A DNA stretch of 63,892 bases, the filler included, from Sluysia triapertura (lineage: Eukaryota), in NCBI GenBank assembly GCA_046118255.1. It is 5 parts of 5 records of this genome, joined end to end, with 100 filler letters (N's around TTAATTAATTAA, not from the genome) between each part and the next. Parts side by side here need not be neighbours in the genome. Positions count along the whole stretch, not along the records: positions 23,438 to 35,269 come from JBJNIA010166147.1; positions 35,370 to 52,691 come from JBJNIA010189275.1; 3 more parts are not named here. One strand, given 5' to 3'. The position numbers and the translations under genes were made by a program. Under the pieces are notes generated by a model. The model was not told where the DNA came from. It ran no database searches and was given only the letters and a program-made list of their open reading frames with translations. This document shows, one piece after another, positions 28,761 through 39,772 of this stretch; position 1 is the stretch's first letter, and each line of letters starts with the position of its first letter.

Positions 28761-30265
28761 GTATTTTTATTAATTAATTTCATCATAATGGTATGTAACC
28801 ATTTCAAATTTAATAACTTAAACTTAAAAATAGAACAGTTTTTAATTAATCTACATATGTCACCATCTCATAGTCATTTATTTGTTTACGTCAAAATTTG
28901 CATGGTGACAGGCAATTGCTTTTACTGGTTAATGAAATTTTCCGTATCTACTCTATAATTTGTTGATTTTGATTATGTTAAAAATAATAAGCTACACAAT
29001 AATTTATTCTCAATTCAAAAATCATTGTTAAAAATCGTAATAATGAAATTACAATCATTTTAATTTTATCCACAACATTTTAATGTTAATCCATCTTTAA
29101 AGATACCTTTTATATTGAAAAATGATGAACTCAAAACATACTCTTGACAATGGTCCTAATAAAGATTGTTCAATTGATGTGATTGTAAGCGACGCAATGA
29201 ATTTATGCTAACTATCAGTACTAATTCTATTAAGCAGAAGTATCACAGAATAAATTCAAAAGTACTGATTCATTTCTTAAATTGTGGTCATGAACTTGAC
29301 AATCACAATGGCTTAATGCGACCAATGATGTTACCAATTTTTTCATCGATGACTCGATTTAGAATCGTCGCATGAACCTATAAAATATATTCATTCAAAT
29401 GGTGATAATTACAATACAAAAATATTAAGAATAACCGCAACAGTAATGGAAAGTGATCATTATTATTATAAGTTATCCTGAAGACAAGATACATTAATTT
29501 TCATAATTAATCATTTTTATTTTAGCGATTAAGTTCCGTACCTTATAGATGATGGCGGAAATTTTAGATTCGAAATTTAGAATAAAATTTGCTATCATTG
29601 ACTTTCTTAATCTCCGATTTTTAAAGGAAATTTTAACTTCATCTAATAAAATGAAAAAGATCATAATTCTATCTAAACTCGTGATGAGATTATTTATTAG
29701 TGAAAATCATATTAAATCTAATAAGTTTTTATAACATGTCATTAATGCAATTGCGCTGTTAGTTTATCATGGATGTATAAATCTTAAATTTAATCTAAAG
29801 TCAAATAAGTTAATAAGATATATTAATATCTTCCAACATATTGTCGTGATCCTCATCGATGTAATGTTTAAAGATCAATGTCATATTATCAAAACAACTA
29901 TTGGGCACGATATGTTACATTGATTCCATTGACAACGTATTGAAACATAACGTTAAATATACGTTAAATATACAGATTTAATTTAAGTACGATATTTTTA
30001 TTTTATTTTATTTCTATTGATTCGTATATTAGTCAATTTAAAGCCCTGCCTGAGATATGTTCAGCAACATGTCAATATTTTATGTTTAGTAAAATTTTAA
30101 CATTAAACTTTTTAGTTATTATTTCATTAAACTTCAACTTCAATATGCGTTGTTTACATTATCTTTTTTATTCGATTTTGAGTAAACATAACTTAAACTA
30201 TAGAAATTATAAAAGTAATGTAAAAGTGTTTTTAAAAATGTAAAAATGTAAAATACAATAAAAGT

Positions 30266-31109
30266 TGTAGTGTTCAACACTCACAAGTTAAAATTTATCA
30301 AAACATTATACTTAACATACATAACCCAAAATTGCACTAAAACATAATTTCTAAAGCAATCACACTTTTTACTACATCAACTCAATCATCATAAACAACA
30401 CTTGACATTTACAATATCTTAACTACTCATATATATATATCAACAATTCGACTAGCACTCTCAACCATCCACTTCACAGTATACTCTGATAATTAATCCC
30501 GAATAGTCCACAACATTCACTCAAAAGCTATTTTATCAAACAAACCACAACCATAATATATAATAAAGAGACAAACACCATTTAACAACGTTAACAAGTA
30601 CCTTAGACATAGAAAGCATTTACATTAAAATCTCTAACCATCTACACCAAACTAAACCTACTTCATTTACACATGTTCATCACCAATGCTCATTTTGATG
30701 ACACTACAAATGCACTAGGATTTATTTTGTAATCGTCTTTTAAGATTAAACTTTAACCTTTCAATAAGCATCTCAAACTATCATATTCAAAGCATAAACC
30801 GTGTTATTAATTACAAACCATCAATAAATTTTAGTAATTTATTCTAACATTCCTCGTTTCAACTACAACTCAAATCATTCCTTTTATCTTTAGAAATAAA
30901 TATAATAAAGCTCTAGATAATTCATTATCTCAATACGAAGCAACAACGATAACCGAGACGTAACATACCTCATAACTGTTGTACTTTCACAGTATGTCAT
31001 CAGTTTTATTCCTTTTTATTTATTTACATGTAAGAAAAGTAAGAATTTAAAAGAACAGATCTTGTGAAGTCTTTAAAGATAAGGTTTATGCATTTTATTT
31101 CCAATAACA
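30266..31109 (-). repeat. ~850-bp TG..CA repeat, copy B (inverted, more diverged)
   Basis: Starts TGTAGTGTTCAAC. Contains reverse complements of copy A/C blocks (AACAAGTACCT, GAAGCAACAACGATAAC, ATGTAAGAAA) in colinear order; followed by AAT/ATT tracts. Confidence 0.8.
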
Positions 31110-31226
31110 ATAATAACCACAATGTTATTAACGTTATTATTATTATTATTGTTATTATCATTACTATTCTTCTTAATTTACCTAAATGTTAAAAATTTCA
31201 TTACTGTCGATCAGTCTGGTTACTGC

Positions 31227-31285
31227 CATCATCAGTGTTGATAGTCTATGTTACATTTCTCATTAGGCTGTCAGCTCTGATGACG
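31227..31285 (+). other. 59-nt hairpin H1 (22-bp stem, 15-nt loop), paralogous to 33726-33784
   Basis: CATCATCAGTGTTGATAGTCTA pairs with TAGGCTGTCAGCTCTGATGACG at 20/22 positions, counting G:U. Confidence 0.75.
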
Positions 31286-31337
31286 GTCAGTCATCAGTTA
31301 TTCTGCACAGAATATTTCAATTAAAAATTTTCATACT

Positions 31338-31394
31338 TCATCCAATCGAGACAAAATTCTGCATTTAACAATTTTAAAGGTCTCGATTGGATGA
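31338..31394 (+). other. Hairpin H2 with a perfect 15-bp stem containing CCAAT
   Basis: TCATCCAATCGAGAC-(27 nt)-GTCTCGATTGGATGA. Confidence 0.8.
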
Positions 31395-31481
31395 CCAATA
31401 ATAAGCGACAAAAAATCAAAAATAGAGAAATCAAAAATTTTATAGTTTTCAGCAAAAGTTTTTAAAAAGTAATAACAACGA

Positions 31482-32800
31482 GTGAATTTTATAAGAGAAT
31501 TTTGTAAGAAATTTACAAAAAAAAGAAGAATTATATCTCAAATACGAATCAGTAAATTGATGATCGGTGCTAATGTTTTGCAGACCTTCTCGGTCTTTGG
31601 TAAAGTAATATCACAGGATTTATTTTCTCATTCCGATGACCACAGTATTCTTAATATCATTAATGAAAAACATCCTAATCCAACTGTTAACGATTTAAAC
31701 ATGATAGCAATCTCCAAAACCATACCGCGGAAATTTACAGCAATTTTTAATCTCACAAATAGCGCAGAAATTCATTTGATACCGTTCGGGCCTCCCAATA
31801 TGTCAAGTAGTCAATCACTACCTACTCATCTTCATCTTAGTAGAGATTATAAGCCAACAGAATCATCTAAAGATATAAATTTCTCAATGCAAGAACTGAT
31901 AATGATTAATCATGATTACGAACTTGTTTATAAAGACCTGTATCTACTTAATGCACTATTAGATTTAATCCGCTGTCATGAATTGATGGATTATTTTGTC
32001 TTTAATATTCGTTTTTTTATTCATTCACGTACCTACGACTATAAAATCTTACAAAATTAAACAAGAAATAAAAATGAAGAACATAGAATATTCATGGCAT
32101 AACAATTTAATGTATCTGTCATCGACTGTGGATAGTTACGCGAATTCATTGTTGAAGATGCCACCAGATTCTATGATATATTCTCAAGTTATCTAGCTAG
32201 TCAAAATTTTTAACAAAATACTCACCAGTAATCAATGGTATTCCAATGTTGGCAATAATGATCCATTTAAAATACAACGCGTTCGATTCATAATTAGAAA
32301 TCTAGAAGTTGACGTGGCAATGACCAAAATTGTTTAATCAAAACAATACTTCGGCTACAATAGTCTTGATCGAACAATATCAGACAACAATGCTTTATTC
32401 CATTTACCACATCGTGATCAAAGATTTAACAACAATAAAGAATCCAATCCATGTAATGTGTATAAAAAAGGCATCGATATCTACATCCAATCAAACAATG
32501 TGTTCTTCTCAACAATTTACTACTAAGTCGGTTACCCATTAATGAAATGTTCTACAGAGAATTTACAAAGTTTGTCTATAAAATTTTTTACCATAGTCAG
32601 TTCGTTAATGTAAGCTTTAATTTTTTATATGTATTAACATTTGTTTCAGTTCATAAGCATAGAATCTGGATCAATGAAGCGCAACGGGGTTACCTACATT
32701 GTAATGGCATTACAAGAAAAACGAAAGTACAAGATGTAACTGTAAATATTAGAATTGTCTGCTTGTCTTTTAAACATACATCATTAGATCTTTTGTTAAT
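31482..32800 (+). pseudogene. Decayed ORF of unknown family (192-aa open segment followed by frameshifted fragments)
   Basis: Run of overlapping + ORFs (31482, 31996, 32330, 32547) in a locally GC-richer segment. Possible 40-nt GTAAG..TTTCAG intron at 32610-32649. No motif recognised. Confidence 0.5.
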
Positions 32801-33189
32801 ACAATTTACTTCTGAATTTTTTTGGTTTATGTTAAATAATAAATTAATTTTATATTATGTTACTAAAATAAATGTAAATAAAATTATCAATGATTCTCGA
32901 TTACGATCTTTTAATTAATAGTTAAAGATAAGAACAATACTAAATCTTTAAAATATCACGAAGTTAAGGAACCTAAGCGTATCAAAACTAGAAAGGACAC
33001 ATTCCAAAACAGCAATGTAACTTTATTTAAAATTCAATACAAGCTTAATGATAAAATGATATTTAAGGTGTTAAACCAATTACATATCTAACTCTTGGAA
33101 TGTATATTAATCCTTTGTTTGAACAGCAGTTGACTAAACTCTTAGTGAAACATAATACCGAAAATAGTTATATATATCCTAAACTCGTG

Positions 33190-33506
33190 CTATCCATAAA
33201 ATGGCGTCAGGGAACTTCTCAAATCTATCACACGAGAACATCCCCATATTTGCTTTGTTTTTTGCTTTCGATCTAAGTAAAATTCATTAAAGTCGTTAGA
33301 ATGCTTCATAAACTTCTTTGCCAGCAGTTTACTACTTGGTTTTAAATTATCATTATCAAGAGTAGTAAATTCTATCAACGTCTGGATATAAAATGATTCA
33401 ATCAACCTTTTTAATTTATATGAATATCCGGCGTAAAATTACACATAAAAGTAACAAATTTATTTGATCGTAAATAGATTGTTTTATCTGGATTAACAAT
33501 AAGTCG
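33190..33506 (-). pseudogene. Decayed convergent ORF of unknown family
   Basis: The frame of ORF 33405-33190 extends upstream across one TAA (RLIVNPDKTIYLRSNKFVTFMCNFTPDIHIN*KRLIESFYIQ...). Confidence 0.35.
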
Positions 33507-33620
33507 TCAAAAATTACGTGAATAAACAAATGTATTTGAATTTGTATAATATTAACAATTGAAAGTAAATATTGTGAGTTTATTGTAGTTTTTTAATTAG
33601 TTAAAATATTGTTTAGCTTA

Positions 33621-33784
33621 CCAAATCAGAGTCTTTGATAGTGTGTTTGATTATATGTACTCTGATTGGGTGGCGAACAAAATTGGCTGAGAGAAAAATG
33701 AGAGATGATAAAACTGATGATTGACCATCATCAGTGCTGTCACTGCAATGTAAAATGTGACATACAGTGTCAACATTGGTGATG
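33621..33784 (-). other. Inverted paralogues of hairpins H2 (33621-33670) and H1 (33726-33784)
   Basis: 33712-33784 matches the reverse complement of 31227-31299 at 57/73 positions without gaps. The stem CCAATCAGAGT/ACTCTGATTTG mirrors H2. Confidence 0.75.
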
Positions 33785-33817
33785 ATCGTCATTTATAAAA
33801 ATTTGTACTTTAATGAT

Positions 33818-33854
<37 letters not shown>

Positions 33855-33872
33855 TATTACTGTTATTATTAT

Positions 33873-34750
33873 TGTTAACAATATAACGCATAAATCTTGT
33901 CTTAAATAAAATTACAAGAACTTTTATTTTTAGACCTTCATTTCTTACATATCGTTGTAAAACTTAATAACAAAAACTGTTGATATTATGTGAAGGAGCA
34001 ACGGTAACGTGGTAAGCTATGCTTCAGTTATCGCTGTTGCTTCATCATAAGGAAATGAATTCTTTAAAGTTGTTTTAAATTTATTTTTTGGAAATGAGAG
34101 AATGATTTGAGCTGCAAGTAGAATAAAGAATGCTAGAATAATCTCTTGAGATTCATTCAAGGTTTATAATTGAAAATACGGTTTATGCATTGAGTGTAAT
34201 GGTTTAAAATGCTTGTTAATAGGTTATAGTTTATTTGATTTAAAAGACAATTACAAAATAAATATTAGCGTAATTACAATGTTATTGAAGAATGTTAATA
34301 ATGATTATGTGTAGAGGCAATGGGTTTAAATTAGTGTGATTGATTTGTGATTGTAGCGTAAATGTTTTCTATGTTTCAGGTACTTGTTAGTGTTGCTGGA
34401 TAGTGTTGATGTATTTGTAATTTAAAAATTATGTGTTGTGATTGTAATTTGGTTTAAGAGAATGACTATTGAGTGAACGTTATGGATTGTTTTTCGTATT
34501 GATTATCAAAGTATGGTGTGTGATGAATGGTTGAGAGTATTCGACGAGTTGTTTTTAAAAAGTATATATTGTTGAATTATTATGAATGTCGAATGTTGTT
34601 TTTGATTGATGATCGGTTAATGTATTATATAGTATGAAATGTGATTGATTTAGATGTTATGTTTTTTGTAAATTGATTGTTGTGGTATGATTGATATTTA
34701 AAATTGTGGGATTTTTAGAAAATTTAGAATTGTGGATGTTGGCCACTACA
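33873..34750 (+). repeat. ~880-bp TG..CA repeat, copy C
   Basis: TGTTAACA...GTTGGCCACTACA; colinear with copy A; (AAT)n tracts on both sides. Confidence 0.85.
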
Positions 34751-34753
34751 GTG

Positions 34754-34765
34754 AACAACAACAAC

Positions 34766-34820
<55 letters not shown>
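34754..34820. repeat. (AAC)n/(AAT)n microsatellite
   Basis: Read directly; it explains the poly-Leu ORF 34657-34863. Confidence 0.95.
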
Positions 34821-35269
34821 GAAACCCATAAATATTGTAAATAATGTTGAAAATGAAAATCATTTTAAATAAAAGTGTATCTAAAAAACAACAAATTCAA
34901 AACGTATTCAGAAACATCTTTAAACAGCATGGTTGAATAGTTAATTAGCTTCATCATGGATCAAGCACTGATACTAATAAAATGTGAAAATGTGATAGTA
35001 AAATGAATACTAGCAGACACAAATACATATTAACTATCAAGGGGCAGATAAGTGAATTAAGTACATAGTTAGAATTATAATACACACTGTAAAATATATT
35101 ACCAATAGGGTTTTGAGCACTCCGGACAAAACAGAATTTGGCGCCCTTTCATACAAGAATATACAAATTTACTGCGAATTAAAAATAATAGTTAAAAAAG
35201 GCAAAAAAATCAAAATTACACAATAAAGAACTGTGTAAAAAATTTATTTATTTAAAAAATAATACAATA

Positions 35270-35369
35270 NNNNNNNNNNNNNNNNNNNNNNNNNNNNNNN
35301 NNNNNNNNNNNNNTTAATTAATTAANNNNNNNNNNNNNNNNNNNNNNNNNNNNNNNNNNNNNNNNNNNN
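35270..35369. other. Artificial contig linker
   Basis: 44N-TTAATTAATTAA-44N. Confidence 0.97.
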
Positions 35370-36070
35370 AGAATTAACATTTTATAAAAGTCAAGAATAA
35401 TTAATATTAAAAGTTTCTTATACATTTTTTAACTAAAAAACGTATTAACCATTAAAAAGAATTATTAGAAAGAAAATATAGTTGTTGACATCCCTTACAC
35501 AAAGATATTAAAACATATTTGCAACCTAAAACTATTTAAATTTTGAGAAAAAGTAGATTTCTTGGAATTACATTAAAGGATTAAAAAGTTAAATAGCACA
35601 GTTATAATTATCAACCCTACTACGCACAAAAAGTTCTTTTGACCTGCAGATATCACTTGACAAAGCTTTAAAATCCTACGCAGACGTCCATTCTAGGTAA
35701 ATCATTTGACGTAGGCGGACCCAAAATCTAAAGTTATTATTTTTATAATTGTTCAAGGGTTAAGAGAAAACTGAACAGTATTTAAGGGTTTTTAATTTTA
35801 ATTTTAATTTTTAATATCAAAAAATCCACAAATTTTATTGATGAATTATTTAATAATTATTTTCAAATATAATAATTTAAATTTAAAAATTCTTCTAAAA
35901 TGTACTTCTAAATTGAGTCCGAGAAACTGTTTTGTATAAAATGCATCTTTCGAAAAATGATTAGAAAACTTAAATATTTCTGTTTCACTACTCTTACTTA
36001 CTAATGTTGATTTAAATTTATCCTCTTATTTGATTGCTGTTTTAATCTGAAATGTAGTACATTTTTTACC

Positions 36071-36570
36071 TTATTTGGATAAATGGAAGTTACCATTGGA
36101 TACATTTATATTATTTGAATTAAAACTGTTTTTAACTATAGAATCACTTTTCAAGTTATCATTAAAACTGATGCTATTGCTTTTATTGTCATTTTCAGTT
36201 TTTTCGTAAAGTACTTTATAAATAGCTTCAAATTTCTCAACATCATTCTTTTATTAGCTAAATCTAACAAGATTTCACTAATATATTGAGCTTTATACCT
36301 CCTTTCTACAAGAATTATTTCTGGTTCCATGGTTTTAATTCTTACTCTTTCTTATTCTTATTTTATTCAACTCTACAGCTACTAGATAATGAAAATTCAA
36401 AAACCCTCATCCATTAAAATAAAGGAATATATCAAAAATAATAAAACTATCATTGAGCTTTTTTCGGTTGTCATAAATATCACATACCAGATGTTGAAAA
36501 TGCTTTCTAGATTCTTTAGTAAGATTAACAATAGTCTTTTCATTATTGAAAGTTATATTCCATATCAATT
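36071..36570 (-). pseudogene. Frameshifted coding-like fragment of unknown family
   Basis: Minus-strand pieces (...FQHLVCDIYDNRKKLN..., MEPEIILVERRYKAQYISEILLDLANK / NDVEKFEAIYKVLYEKTENDNKSN...) join only through frameshifts or stops. Confidence 0.3.
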
Positions 36571-37864
36571 ATCTTTATAAATATCCAAATATCTAAAACA
36601 AATAATTTTGTATTTATATCTTAAAGTTTATATAGATCATTTTCTGAAAAATAAAAGTACACGATAATTCATAAAATAATTCAATATAAGATAGTAAACA
36701 ATAAAACTAGTTAATTATTTCAAGTAAAACTTAATAAAAATTAATTTATTTTAATTTATTTTTAGTATTTAATTTATATTTAAAAAATTTACAAAATTAT
36801 TTAATTTTAAGAGTTTTCTTTTAATTTTAAACTTAAAAATTCATAATTTAGAAGTTTGAAAAGCGTGAAGACTTGAACTTGATGTGTACAGTTGTTACAA
36901 ACAAATTGGATGAAGAAATTGCAGAAAAAATTGAAAAAATACGAAATATTTTGTCAAATAAGACATTCGAACGCATCTTTTTTGAAGTTAAACTTTAATA
37001 AGTGTGGTAAGTAAGAAAAATAAGTCAAATAATAGAACTATAAATGTTAGAATCGTTTTTATTATCAATACATTGTGCAAAATATTACATTTTAATTATA
37101 GGTGAAAATTCTATTGTTTTATTGTGGTTATATATAATGATATTCAAATTCAAAACAAAAATAATAAATTTAACATAAATAAACATCGCGTACCAATGTG
37201 ATATATATATATATACCTAAATAATAAAAGTTCATATGAATAATAAAACTTGAGCAATTGATACTTTTCTATTCAGAATTTATATGTTCCACTGATTTTT
37301 ATATTAGTAAAATAAAAGAAAACTAATAATAATAAAATACAGTGTAACAATTTTTATTGTTCTTGATTTTAATTTGTCTTGTTACATTCAATATCATTAT
37401 CACTATGATCATACATTTATATTAAATTATATATTATACTATTAAATATGAATATTAATTGTTGTAAAACTAAATTCAAAATGAAAAATTCGTTTTTGGT
37501 TTAACATTAAAAACTAATATAAAAATAAAAAATAATATTTTGTTGTCTCATTGGTTAATACTTATTATATGACTTAAATTCCCTTAAGATTAAAAATTAT
37601 ACAGTCAATAATTATAGATGCAAATTTTTAATAGACTTCATATAATGAATTTTTATCAATGGTTTGCTTTAGAATTTCTATTATATTATTTGATGTCATT
37701 ATAATATTTTACTCTTTACTTGTTTCATAAAATGATGGAAATATTATAACTAAATAACTTAAAAAATCTGATCATAATTTATTCAAGTATCTGGAAATAA
37801 AAATTAGATATTAAAAACGACAAATTTACTAGATATATTTAATTTTTTACAATGTTCAATATAA

Positions 37865-38063
37865 GTACATCTTTTGACACACTGCGACATACTTTCTGGC
37901 AAGTTTCGTCTGAAATTTGGTTCCATTCATGCTGAATACTTTGTTTTGTTTTTGCATAAACTGCATTTTTTAGAAAAAAAATCAGGCGGAGTCAAATCCG
38001 GGAATCTTACAGGCCATTTGATTGGCCCTCGGCGCCCTATCCAATGTCCATGAAATGTTTCGT
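37865..38063 (-). mobile_element. Tc1/mariner transposase C-terminal relic
   Basis: ETFHGHWIGRRGPIKWPVRFPDLTPPDFF..KNAVY matches the WIGRxG..WPPRSPDLTPLDFFLWG..K..VY signature; internally deleted. Confidence 0.85.
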
Positions 38064-38114
38064 AACTTGTAGCTAGTCATTGCATAGCAATTCTTAATGT
38101 TAGACTTCGTAAAA

Positions 38115-38186
38115 TGGACTGACCAGGGATCGAACCAGGGACAATCGCTGCGCAGTTCGACTGCTCTACCACTGAGCTATCAGCCC
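38115..38186 (-). tRNA. tRNA-Ala(UGC)-like pseudogene or tRNA-derived repeat
   Basis: 72 nt: GGGCTGA-TA-GCTC-AGTGGTA-GAGC...CCTGG-TTCGATC-CCTGG-TCAGTCC-A. The acceptor stem pairs (G3:U70, A73), A and B boxes are intact and TTTT follows. The anticodon stem does not pair and the T stem has one mismatch. Confidence 0.7.
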
Positions 38187-39694
38187 AGTCTAACAATTTC
38201 ATTTTCAATATATTCAATTATATTACTTGGCACTTTTTAGGCCTTTTACCACAACAATATGAAAGCCATTGATGCGCCACCTCTAAATGTGATTGGAAGT
38301 GCGTCATCTAAACTAAACAAAAATGTCATTGCATACATAACAAAGCAATCATCTATAACAAGGAAACCTCTAACCAATATAAGTAAATTTTGACATTATA
38401 GATCAGTATAATCATCAAGTATAATCATGATACCGGGAGACAATTTTGGCTTTAGACAGTAAAAATTTATTTGATAAATTGCCACATGTATTTCATCAAG
38501 AGTATACGTGACATGCAAATTCCGACAATTCTTACCTACCAGGTGTATACCTTTTATTACAAAAAAAAACTTAGAAACATATTCACGTATGGTTAACATC
38601 CTAACGCTTTTAATAATTAATTTATCGCCTCAAAAAATTTTAGCGGATTTTGAAAAGGTTAACTTTCGTGTGAGCACTTATGCCACTGCGAAACTTTTCA
38701 TATGCATTTGTTGTGTGTGGATTTCTCTAGTTGAGAAATATCTGGTCACATATTTAGACCAATAATAGAATGACTTATAAACAATAAAAGTATGCTTTAT
38801 TCCTTCCACGTACTCATTACAAGTATATACACAATACCGAAATATAAATTTTCTCATAATTATAAACATTTATCAACAAACAGTTGTAAATTTGAATATA
38901 AAAAACTGTAACAAATAGTATGACTAATGCGTCTTATATAAACTAATACGTCTAATAATAATTTTAATAACATTTTATGCGTGCTGTAACTTTAATTCTG
39001 ATATTAAGCATGTGAAATTTACATAATAAAAATTAATTGAAATTAAGTAATTACTTTTGTTTAATAACATTCAGCACATTTTAGCTTAATAAAAGTTACA
39101 AAAAAATTTAAAATATTTTCAAAAATATGAAAACGTACTCTGATGAGACTTTACAATCCAATACTAATTTCATTAATTTCAAAATGCTTTAAAAATGTTT
39201 AATAAATTAATAAGAGTAAATGTGATAGGCGAAATGAAAATTTATATATTTTTCGTCATAATCACATTGGAAGAATTTAAAAGAAAACCCATATATTCAT
39301 GAAAACATTTTATTCAAAAAATATATTTTAAACAATTTATTGAAAAAAGTAATGTTTTTTAATGAACAAATTTTTCTAAATTGATACAAACTTTTATCAA
39401 TCTAATTAAAAAAACACAACTTCAAACTAATATAAAGAATATTTACTTTTAGGTTTTATCATAGTGGTCATAGATGTTGCTTTTATCAGATTCGAATTTC
39501 GACTGAAAGAAAATAAACAGATAAATTTAAAAAATCGAAATCATTTTCAATAATAACATAGCACAACAAGAAACACAAACAAATAATCGTGCAACAAACA
39601 TTTGAAAACAAACTTCAATTTTTTACTCAACTAATGTCTAAGTTATAAAATATTAAATTAAATGTTAAATAAACAATAATGTTTTCAATTCTAC

Positions 39695-39695
<1 letters not shown>

Positions 39696-39772
<77 letters not shown>
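39696..39772. repeat. (ATT)n microsatellite
   Basis: Perfect run. Confidence 0.95.

Noticed and set aside
31278-33800. CTGATGA motifs in H1 as a hammerhead ribozyme core or a box C/D snoRNA
   Set aside because: No GAAA follows the candidate stem II on either strand. The TGATGA and CTGA motifs are buried in the stem rather than forming a terminal kink-turn.
34657-34863. Poly-Leu ORF
   Set aside because: It is the translation of the (AAT)n microsatellite.
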